Assembly: GCF_964355755.1 (NCBI RefSeq)
Contig: NC_092674.1
Coordinates: 992,001 to 1,056,000 of the forward strand
Source of the DNA: Antedon mediterranea
Taxonomy: Eukaryota; Animalia; Echinodermata
Direction of reading: 5' to 3'
Length of the DNA: 64,000 bases
Shown here piece by piece: positions 22,301 to 34,300 of this stretch. Below the pieces are notes generated by a model. The model had not been told where the DNA came from. It made no database searches and saw nothing but the letters and a program-made list of their open reading frames with translations. A program made the translations under genes and the position numbers. How positions within the stretch are numbered: position 1 is the stretch's first letter; each line of letters opens with the position of its first letter.

Positions 22301-25300
22301 AAGACATTGTTTGATTTTAACCAACCATAGCCTATTTCCAATAGCGAATATATTCGCGCGAATTATTCCCGAGTTCTGATTGGTTGCGTACTTTTCGCGT
22401 CATAAAAATTAGATTAAAATTAGAATACGCATGCGCATTACTCAACGTTTCCAATTCGTGCGAATACATTAATGGACAGGTAGGCATGTGTCACATAACC
22501 AGGACCTATCTGAAAGTATAATGAATGAATTTGTACGGTACATAAGTATTTGTACACAATTCAATCAACCTTTAGGCCTATTTAATTTATTTCACGTTCG
22601 GTGAAGGTCAATAAATGAATTGAATTGTTGATTACGAGGGAATTTAAGGCATATAATTGAATAGACTCAGTAACTGAACCTTTTGAATCTTATATATACA
22701 GGTGAGAATAACAGTATTTGGTGAAATGCTCAATTCATCTTTTTCAGCACCGTGTGATGGTAATACATGTGGACACTACTGTGTATCGGCTGCCAACAAC
22801 AACCACGAATGTTTGTGTCGAGATAACTACGTCTTACACCCGAATGGAACGTGTAGTATCGGTGGGTAAAATAGATAAGTAAATAACTAACCAAACGATT
22901 AAAATGAATTGGGTATTAATCATCAAACCGTTATTAATTTGGAGCTGAAGTTAATAGTTTCCACTCGGCGGATGCGCCCTCTGTGGAAATATTTTGCCAA
23001 GTACTTCACTCAGTTTCCGAGTGCTTTCATTTGTTTTTTTTTTCCTTATATAGATTTAACAACGTATCAACAGCCTTTTTGCGTAATAGGAAGAACAAAT
23101 TCCATATCTTCATTTCACCCAACGCTTCTGCACTATGATTTGCCATACAAAGCTGAGTACATTTTCGAGATTTTGAGCGGAACATCAGTAGCTATAGATG
23201 TGACAGCAATAGCAATTGATATACACAGTAACTTGATGTTTTTTGCTGATGATTCGCAAAATAAAATATTTTATGCAAGGATGGAGGGAGGAGAGTACCC
23301 TGTTGCAATTCATGAATACGGCACGGGACGTATTGACGGTATTTTAAAAATATATCAGTTTATATTATTAGAGTTTTACCTAAAATTATCATAAACAATA
23401 TCATTATTATAATGAAGATGAACATTATAGAAACTAGGAGATGATGTTAATTGTTATGCGAAGTAATCATTTATGTTTTCAGGAAACTATCAGGGTATAA
23501 GTACGAATATATTTTAAGTAAACTTGTAAATCGTAACACATTGTTGGCCTACTACCTTAGATAGGGAAAGTTTGGTCTAATGTGAACACCATTGTACTGT
23601 CTGCAGACGGTCACACACACATATAAACATTGAAACTGAAAATCACGTATTATTTTTTCCAAGTATCATTCACTTACATCGCTAATTTGGTTCCTAGGTA
23701 TGGCGGTTGACTGGCTACCTGAAAATCTTATCCTTTATTACGTTGACTACGTAAAAGAAACTCGTGGATCTTTGAGGTACGATGGAGAAAGTTTAAACAT
23801 CCAATATGACGTCACTAAACCGACATCCATTGCAATAGATCCTTTTGCCAGGTATGTACATCATTATTATTAATGTATGGAACACTTTTATTATGAACAT
23901 ACAGAATAAGATATAAACTTAACTAATCTAATTATATATATATCATAACTATTCGATGTTTCCACAAGAGACATAATAGTCCTGTGGTCATTAATACTTT
24001 TTCTCATTAAAGCTCTGTCTACACTCTCAAACAAATATGGTAGTGATATACCCAAATATGGTAGTGATATGCCCAAATATGGTAGTGATATGACATCATC
24101 ATGTCCATATATGCACATCACATGAAGTTTGATAGTGTGGACAGAGCTTAAGACAAAACTCATGAATAATTCATGGAATCAATTAGTACGCAAATTTCTA
24201 CTTCTTTCCTGTAACTTTCTTTTATTTCAATTGTTTATTCTTATTATTACTCAACAGGTACATGTTTTGGACAGAGGAAACCTCACCTGCCAAGGTCGTT
24301 AGGAGTGACTTAGATTTTACAAATCGAAGAGAACTGACGGACATAGGTCTCCAGAATCCAACAGGGATGACGGTTGATCTAAAGCAGAAGAGGTAAGTAT
24401 TTAATATAATGTGCAAGAAGATAATTTTAGACAAACATCGCGTGCGACTTTCGTCAATCACGCGTGTATAAGCCTTTTTGTGCAGCATGAGCAGGTCAAT
24501 GATATATGAACATCAGACAAAATGTGTACTAGAATTTAGCTCTTCATTCGACATCTTGTGTGAATGGTAAAAATACAGTAGTATTGACGTATGCCTGTGT
24601 ATACACAAGTATGTATTATTTGTACCATTCCACGAACATAACAATTTATATTTATATTCAATATACTGTATTTTGAAGTCAGTACCAACAAAATGTTTGT
24701 TGGTGCCATATATTTCTGTTTTGGAAATAGGCTACAACATTTATTATTATGTTCGTCGAATGGTACAACAAATGCCATGAGGTGAATGATGAAAGGTTAT
24801 ATTTCATATGGGGAAACTTCGTCGTAACGACCGTTAAATAGTGCGTACTATTGCACGCCATGGGACCCACAATTGTCTAATCAAATGACAGGAATGTATT
24901 TACGTGTTATATAAAATGATCTAATGTATGTGATATAAGAATAAAATGTGTTTATTTCCTACAGGATTTACATTGTTGGATCAGATAGTACAATGATATA
25001 TTCAATCAATTATGACGGAACTATTAAAGAGATTATTGGGAGAAGTAAATATCCTGCAATAGATATTACTATTTATCAGGTAAAAATAATAGAATAAATA
25101 TTGGTAAAATAAGAACAATTGTTTGGCTACAGAACATAGTAAAGCTCTGTGACAACAAAATGTGATGTGCCCATATATGGACACGGTGACGTCATATCAC
25201 TACCATATTTGGTAAACCAATAATGCATAAGTTGCAGGCAATGCTGTATAAATGTCATACTAAAGGCCTGCTGTATCATATGTATACTTTTAATGAAACA

Positions 25301-28300
25301 GAAAATACATAACTATAAGGTTACCATGGTTACCAAACTGACAAGAACTCACTTAACTCACTTAAATATTGAAATGTAATTGTGAATAAATGTGTACATG
25401 ACAAAGGCTAGCTAAAACATAATATATACATAGTAGAAGATATACTTATCTTAAAATTATTGTTTGAAGGATTTTATGCTACTAGCTGAACCATACAATA
25501 GTACGAGTGGAATAGTGGAAGCGATACACATATCAACTGGAGAACACGAAGGCTCTATAAATGTGAATTCGTCTATAACCGCTATCGAATTCGCCGACGA
25601 GTCTACTCAACCTGTGCCAATACCGACGACAAAAGGTTTGTATTATGGTCATGAAAAAAGTATAGTAACATACGATAGGACTACTGTTCAAATAACCATG
25701 CTAACAAACATTCTTGTAGGCCTACACAGCAGATGTTGCAAGTATGACGGGCCTTAATTCCTTCTCACATAAATGTAAGAGGAGAGTGAACCGAACACCC
25801 GCTTCAATCACCAACACCAAATAATGAAAAAAGGGACCTCTGCGAATCATCTTTTTTAGAGGGGACCAAACTCCTTTTTCTAATTTCTCTCTATGACCGA
25901 ATACAGTATTATGGCACGCCAGGATGGACAAAACCATTTCAAATGCCAATCCCAATAGACCGGGCGCCCGGAAGATTTATTCATGTGAAAAGATACAAAA
26001 GGTTTGATGATGTAGTTAGGTGCGTATTAGGGCGAGATGCAATATTCGATATTGCTGCCGGGTCACAGCCTGTACAAGGGGCCTGTGGGGATCATAACAT
26101 AGGGGGGTAAAAATGCATTTATTCATGTGAAGCGATACAAGGATAAACTTTTTTGGATATCATTCGCAGTGGGCTACTAATGATTACATCACCAATGACA
26201 GCAACTTTATCCTGTACGGGGCGCCAAACAGCAACATTTTAGGGCCACGCCCAAATGGGTTTATTCATGTGAAGCGATACAAGGTTGAATCTTTTTTTAA
26301 TGGCAGCAGTACATATTGGGGATGACAAAAACACCAATGACAGCAACTTTATCCTGTACATAAGCTCAGACAGCAGCCCTAAAGGTCCGCAGATTCCCCC
26401 TATTATTCGACTATATACTCGGCGCGTATCATGGCGTTCAGCTGAGTTAGAAATACGTGATAGTAGATACGGACTCGGACTGACAATAAATACACAGCAG
26501 AATGATAAAACAATAAATAAAGAGAGCAGTTGTTTCCTGTACCAAATCATCAAACATCAAACTCTTAGGAACTCGCCCAAAATGGGTTTATCCATGAAGT
26601 GTGTAATCATTTTTGAAAAAATGGGGGTTTTTTTTAACTTTTCCCGGTACACAGCAGCTCAAATACCCGAGGATTCGTGATCAACAATGTTGATAATACA
26701 AACACATTCACGATAACGAGTGACTTTTAGGCCTATTTTATAATTGAAATATATCTTTATTTTGGAATAATAAATAACACCAACAAAAACACTTAAAATA
26801 ACCAAAAGCAGATTTGTATTTTAGGGTATCATTTTGAACAATCAATATTATATCAAAATCATTATTTCACAACACAAAATAATATAATTTAAGAATATTT
26901 TTCAGATAAACTAATTAATAATTACACTCATAATGATCGACACCGGTACCGATTATTGTGCATTATTATTACTAGAGGGTGAGCTCGCTTCGCTCGCTCT
27001 CCCGGCCCTCTAGGAAGTGTAGACGATGGTTTTCGGAATGATAATGTTCTCCTTATACGTTTTCTGTCGGTTACCATTATTGAAAATGCTTGACATTCGT
27101 AAAACTAAACTACTTTGTTTCACAGTGTTTTAGATGATTAATAACATTTTAAAGTACAGTTTTTATTGTTTGGTAGGGCCCTTTGGGGAGGCGGAGGTCA
27201 TTTGAGGGAGGTGCTTATTCGAGGTATATATGTTAAATTTTGTAGTTTTAAATGGTAACATTTATAATAAAATGAAATCCTCTAATAGATATGAAAAGTG
27301 CTAAAAAAGAATAACAAATGCTTGGTAAATTGTACAGTGTGTCGGTAGTTACACTGCATGTAAAATATTCGACCTGGGTTCAGTTAGAGAAAAATAATGT
27401 GCAATAATCAATACAGTAGTCGATCCATTGTGGATAAGTAACGATATTTAATTTTGTCCAGTATTATTAATGTTGCCTTTTATCAGATATCACTGTATAA
27501 TGTTAATACAGTAACAATTTTAAATTTGACTTCGGCAGTTATAGTAAAATAATGTGCAATAATCGATACAGTAGTCGATCCATTATGGATAAGTAACGAT
27601 ATTTAATTTGGTCCTGAGTATGTTGCATTTTATCAGATATCACTGTATAATGTTAGTGCAGTAACAATTTTAAAATTGACTTGGGCAGTTATAGTTAAAT
27701 AATGTGCAATAATCGATACAGTAGTCGATCCATTATAGATAAGTAACGATATTTAATTTGGTCCTGAGTATGTTGCATTTTATCAGATATCACTGTCTAA
27801 TGTTAGTACAGTAACAATTTTAAATTTGACTTGGGCAGTTATAGTAAAATAATGTGCAGTAATCAATACAGTAGTCGATCCATTATGGATAAGTAACGAT
27901 ATTTAATTCGATTCAGTTTGTTGCGTTTTATCAGATATCACTTTAGTTAGTTAGTAAATAATGTGCAATAACCAATACAGTTAGTCGATCCATTGTGGAT
28001 AAGTAACGATATTTAATTTGGTTCAGTATTATTAATATTAATTAATGTTGCCTTTTATCAGATATCACTGTCTAATATTAGTACAGTAACAATTAAAAAT
28101 TTGACTTTGTTTCAGTTAAAGTAAAACAATGTGCAGTAATCGATACAGTAGTCGATCCATTATGGACAAGTAACGATGTTTAAAATGTTGGCAGATTAAG
28201 TTATTTGTTGGGTTTTATCAGTCTAATTCACATGAAAACGGTTACTTTTTTTATTTAAATTGAATTAAAAATACAGTAATAGTGTGCAATCGATAGTCTA

Positions 28301-31300
28301 ATCTATACCTTACCAATTCTCTAAGTGATTATGTTGAATTCGAACTATTATTTACTTTACTATTATGTTATGTTATGTAAAAAATGTTGCAAATTTAGAT
28401 TTCATTGCCTTTTTTCATATAGACATATCACTAGTGTCTAGTGTGTAATTAAAACAATATTTAAATCGAGTTATCTATATATAAATTATGGTTAATTCTG
28501 ACATAGGCGAGCACAATACAAAAACTTCGGTACAAATCTCCGCCTTGGATACCTACCTTATCTATCTGAGATGTACCGCGAAACGTAGATTTGATAACAT
28601 TAGTGTTCACAGCGACGCTATTGTTCCATATTTCTATCTTAGGAAGATATTATAAAGAGTTTTTTAACACAATTTATGATTTCTACATTAGATTTTCATC
28701 TCAATTTCAATTCTTCCCGGTCAAAGTAATTTCCGGGTTTAAGATAAGTTCACCTTGCAACAACCTGGTTTCAAATATTTTCTCTCTTTTATACACAAGG
28801 GAGCAGTTAAAATAATAGATTTGACCCTAAAGGTGACTGGAAACAGGCACTTTCCATCAATCAATACAGTGTCCCTTTGGAAGACGAAAAAAAAATCTTT
28901 GTCACCCGATTCTGTAGCTGTTAGTATGCCTACACTCAACGTGGAAGACTGTCGACAGTCTACCAGAGACCTATCTGACTGTATTAAGTACTTTTAATAC
29001 ACGATATCGCTGTCATTAGGTGTTTGACCCCAAAAATAAGTAGTTAACAGTAGAAATTTAATAATTTATATACCCAGTGGGTCGTACACTACATTATTCA
29101 ATCACTTTTATGTTGGTTCGGTGGGGTTTGCTATGGTTTTTTGGAGGTTTGCGGGGTTTACCAATCATTTTTGACCAAAAAATGATGTTTTACCCCAAAA
29201 ATAAGTTGTTAACAGTAGAAATTTAATATTTTTTTTTACATTGATATACCCAGTGGGTTGTACACTACATGATTCAATCACTTTTATGTTGGTTCGGTGG
29301 GGTTTGCTATGTTTTTTTGGAGGTTTGCGGGGGTTTGCGGGGTTTGCGGTGTTTAGCAATACCCTAGTTAAATAATAGGAATTATACTGCAAATTAATAA
29401 AGATCAAATTAAATATACGCCATAAAGAATCAGAATATATTGTGGGGAATAGTATTATAAAATTACATAGGGAGATTTGATGATAAGACATTTTTCGAGT
29501 GAAATCCCGATAGCTGAGTTTTATTGAGTAAGCTTGCAGGAATAACTGTAGGCTATCTTTCTGTGTCCCGTTAGAACCGAGATGTCTGCCCATGTTGCAA
29601 GCCGTACCATAATGTCTTCTTTCTTGAGCCCACTCTGTCACGGCAGTTAGTTTCAAAAGATGATTAAATTAAATAATGTATTAATTATTATTAGGATGGT
29701 ATTCATTTGAATAAACGCCTCTCCAATAAAACATCACTTTGAATAATAACCCCCCCCCCCCCAACCCAACTATCCAATAAACGTCCATCCACATATTTAT
29801 AACAACACAATTATACGGTACTATTTGTAGTAGAATTCACCGCACTGTTATCTACAATTTACCAAGCATTTGTTATTCTTTTTTAGCACTTTTCATATCT
29901 ATTAGAGGATTTCATTTTATTATAAATGTTACCATTTAAAACTACAAAATTTAACATATATACCTCGAATAAGCACTTCCCTCAAATGACCTCCGCCTCC
30001 CCAAAGGGCCCTACCAAACAATAAAAACTGTACTTTAAAATGTTATTAATCATCTAAAACACTGTGAAACAAAGTAGTTTAGTTTTACGAATGTCAAGCA
30101 TTTTCAATAATGGTAACCGACAGAAAACGTATAAGGAGAACATGATCATTCCGAAAACCATCGTCTACACTTCCTAGAGGGCCGGGAGGAGCGAGCGAAG
30201 CGAGCTCACCCTCTAGTAATAATAATGCACAATAATCGGTACCGGTGTCGATCATTATGAGTGTAATTATTAATTAGTTTATCTGAAAAATATTCTTAAA
30301 TTATATTATTTTGTGTTGTGAAATAATGATTTTGATATAATATTGATTGTTCAAAATGATACCCTAAAATACAAATCTGCTTTTGGTTATTTTAAGTGTT
30401 TTTGTTGGTGTTATTTATTATTCCAAAATAAAGATATATTTCAATTATAAAATAGGCCTAAAAGTCACTCGTTATCGTGAATGTGTTTGTATTATCAACA
30501 TTGTTGATCACGAATCCTCGGGTATTTGAGCTGCTGTGTACCGGAAAAAGTTAAAAAAAAAAAACATTTTTTCAAAAATGATTACACACTTCATGGATAA
30601 ACCCATTTTGGGCGAGTTCCTAAGAGTTTGATGTTTGATGATTTGGTACAGGAAACAACTGCTCTCTTTATTTATTGTTTTAGCATTCTACTGTGTATTT
30701 ATTGTCAGTCCGAGTCCGTATCACGTATTTCTAACTCAGCTGAACGCCATTAGACGACATACGCGCCGAGTATATAGCCGAATAGGGGGAAACTGCGGAC
30801 CTTTAGGGCTGCTGTCTGAGCTTATGTACAGGATAAAGTTGCTGTCATTGGTGTTTTTGTCATCCCCAATATATACTGCTGCCATTAAAAAAAGATTCAA
30901 CCTTGTATCGCTTCACATGAATAAACCCATTTGGGCGTGGCCCTAAAATGTTGCTGTTTGGCGCCCCGTACAGGATAAAGTTGCTGTCATTGGTGATGTA
31001 ATCATTAGTAGCCCACTGCGAATGATATCCAAAAAAGTTTATCCTTGTATCGCTTCACATAAATAAATGCATTTTTACCCCCCTATGTTATGATCCCCAC
31101 AGGCCCTATGTACAGGCTGTGACACGGCAGCAATGTCGAATATTGCATCTCGCCCTAATACGCACCTAACTTCATCATCAAACCTTTTGTATCTTTTCAC
31201 ATGAATAAATCTTCCGGGCGCCCGGTCTACAAGCTGTTGAGTTTACAAATCCCTACTAGTCGAGATCGACTAGACACATACCTATCCATCGAGTTTACCA

Positions 31301-34300
31301 CACAGCACTAGTAGCAAAGAACTTATAACACAAGAATCTCCTGTTCTTCAATTTGCATTCAAAACACAGTATCGGAAGTACAGGGTTAAAAGGTCAAACT
31401 GAGCGACGCCATTTCACAGCATGGAGCAGCGCCCCCTCCAAACTAGGAAGTCAATTACTCTACACCCACTAGAGTATTAGCAGATCCCCTCTACGATTTT
31501 GACTTTCTAATTTGATGCGGGCGGCGTGTTTTTTTTTTCCAGGACGAACGTGGGCAGAAGTCATGAATAATTCATTACCTTAATTATTTTTATTATAAAG
31601 AATTGAAAGATAGCTGATCTACTTCCTAAATATACTAAACCTAACCCTCTAAATAATCTCTCTCAACTACTAAAAAAAAACATGTTCATGAAAGACCTCG
31701 AACCGAGGGCTTCAGCGTAATAGGTTAAAGCCTTTACCACTAGACCAAACATTTCGGTTGGCAAACGTTGTTTACACTAATTATTTAATCTCTCTGCATT
31801 CTTATACAGCGCCCTCTATAATGTTCCCTATTATGTCATAATTAATCATGAATTATTCATGATTTCTGCCCACGTTCGTCCTGGAAAAAAAAATTACGCA
31901 TGCGGGCGCCCTACTCCTCAGTCAATTACTCTATCCCCCCTAGAGCATTAGCAGATACCCTAGTATGATTTTGACTTTCTAATTTGATGCGGGCGCCCTA
32001 CTCCATGGCTCACAATGGCGCCACCCATAGCTCTATTCTATCCCACAATGCCTTTCGAAATTGTTACGCGCTTCGGACGAACAGGAGATTCTTGTGTTAT
32101 CAGTAAGGGTTTGTAGAACGCCACCAACGTTCAGAAAAGTTAAATATACTTGTTGCGCCCAGACAAAAACCAGAGTAGAATCATTTTTGGTGTTCGCAGC
32201 AAAATGACGGATCGTAATTTATGTGAAATATTTGACCAATATGCCCGCGAAAGTTTAAAGATGTATTGTCCCCAAAAAACATGAAAAATGAAAATTAATT
32301 AAATCAGACTGTGTGTTATTTTGTAGTTTTAATAAAGTTAATCACTTACATAGAAAAAAAAAACGACAAAAAAAATGTTTTCACTTATAAAATGACAATA
32401 TAAATGGTCAAATTCAACAAAAAATCCATTGGCTGGCAGCCAATTTGACTATTTTTTGCTTTAAATCACATTTTTTCAGGTAAATACATTTTTTTTTCGA
32501 TCCAATTTTTGGTCAAAGTGGATAACTATTATGTTACATTAAAATGGAATATTCAACAAAAATTTTGTTAAGAAGGACAATACATCTTTAAGGGAACAAG
32601 AAATATAATAAAGGAGGCAGCCTACTTTTACTAGGCCTAGGCTAGGCCTGGCCTATTGACCAATATAAACAAAAAAATATTAATATTTTTTTTGTTTATA
32701 TTGGTCAAATATTTCACGTAAATTTACGATCCGTCATTTTGATGCGAACACCAAAAATGATCCTACTCTGGTTTTTGTCTGGGCGCAACAAGTATATTTA
32801 ACTTTTCTGAACGTTGGTGGCGTTTTACAAACCCTTACTGTGCATGTCTACTAAAATAATTCTCAACAACTTGCGATGTGTGTATAAAAACAACTCGACC
32901 GGTAGCGATGTGTGTTTAAAACTCGACCGGTAGCGCGATGTGTAAATCTCGACCATTAGTGATGTGTATATATGAAAAAAAGTTACTTTTATATGATCCA
33001 ATATAGTGTCAAGTTTGTAAGATGATGTCGGTACTTACATTTCCAGAGAACTTGACGTTTCGCCTACTAACAGCAAGGCATAATCTTGTCTGGGTTCCAG
33101 ACGGAGTTTTGTCTTAATATTAGTAAAAAGATAAATATTTTGGCACATATGGCGTTTCATACGTATACTACTTGATTTTGGATACTCAGACAAAAATCGC
33201 GGTCGAAATAAAAACAAATAAATAAAAAAAAAGATAATACAGACTTGGGGCAAGTCTAGGCATAATCACAAGTGAATACGTTCTGGTGACGTAGCGGTGA
33301 CGTTACGGTGACATGGTTGAAAGGAGCCATTGTGAAGTTTACCGCTTGGAGTTATCCAAGCGGGATGTGCGGGGGTCGGTCTCTTTACGTTTTAAATGTT
33401 ATTGTATGTGCGATAGTTCATATGCTCCTTCATCTCTATTCATATTATTAGGGTGTAATCTTATATGTAGCCTATCGCTTCTTTTATTTTTTCTTGTGTT
33501 CCATTCAGTTTCTTTGCTAAGACTTTGTTGTTGTTCCAATTGGGTGTGTGACCAAGAGTCGCCATATGATCCGTGATAGCCGAGCTGTGAAACTTTTCTG
33601 ACGCCGACTTTCTGCTTGATCTGGTTGAAACACCTTTGCATTGTTCTACAACTTCGGTTTTATGTTCTTTAATCCTGGTCTTCAGCGCTCGTCCTGTTTC
33701 TCCAACATCATACTATCGCAGTTATGACAGTTCACTTGATATACAACACCACAAGTGTCTTCTTTTTTAATTTTGTCTTTTGGGTGTACTAACTGGTTTC
33801 TTAACTTGTTTTCAGGAATAGAGTATGTGTTAATGTTATGTTCTTTTAGGCATCTTCGTATTCTTTCCGACATATTTGGGATATATGGAATTCCAATACT
33901 TCCTTTTTGTCTTTCTATGTTTTCATTCTTTTCTGCTTTGTCGTTCTGTGTTTTGTTTTTTAAAATGTTGTTAACACACCACTTGGGATATTCGCATGTA
34001 GATAGAGCAGTTCTTATGATTTTAACTTCATTCTCTTGTTCTTTCTGCGTGGGAAACAACATTCTGACATCTGTCCACAAGTGTGCTCACAACACTCAAT
34101 TTATGTTGTAATGGGTGACATGACTGAAAGTGTAAATATTGGTTGGTAAACTGATGTAGTAATTTTGTTGTCAATGAGTGAAATAGAGACGTCTAGGAAA
34201 GGTATAGTGTTATTAGTCATAATGTTCTGTTGTGAAAGTAATGTTGTGTGTGGGATCGATTGAGTTAAGATGATAATTAAGGTTGTCAGCAGCTCTTTCT

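Larger units (their letters stand above)
25956..31229. mobile_element. Non-autonomous element with ~1.38-kb inverted arms, TAG...CTA termini and 3-bp TSD (Academ-like)
   Basis: caa|tagaccgggcgcccggaag ... cttccgggcgcccggtcta|caa; arms 25956-27334 and 29853-31229 are reverse complements (mirror ORFs 26239- and 30635+). Confidence 0.85.

Noticed and set aside
25901-25909. 6- or 9-bp TSD (cagtat/atacagtat) for the outer nested element
   Set aside because: Symmetric TA|TGG...CCA|TA ends fit better and tacagta is a common footprint-like word here; cannot be fully excluded.
26239-26680. Protein-coding ORFs in foldback arms (also 29165-29656, 30635-30946, 60601-60795, 63779-63961)
   Set aside because: Mirror-image ORFs inside TIRs/Helitron with no recognisable domain.
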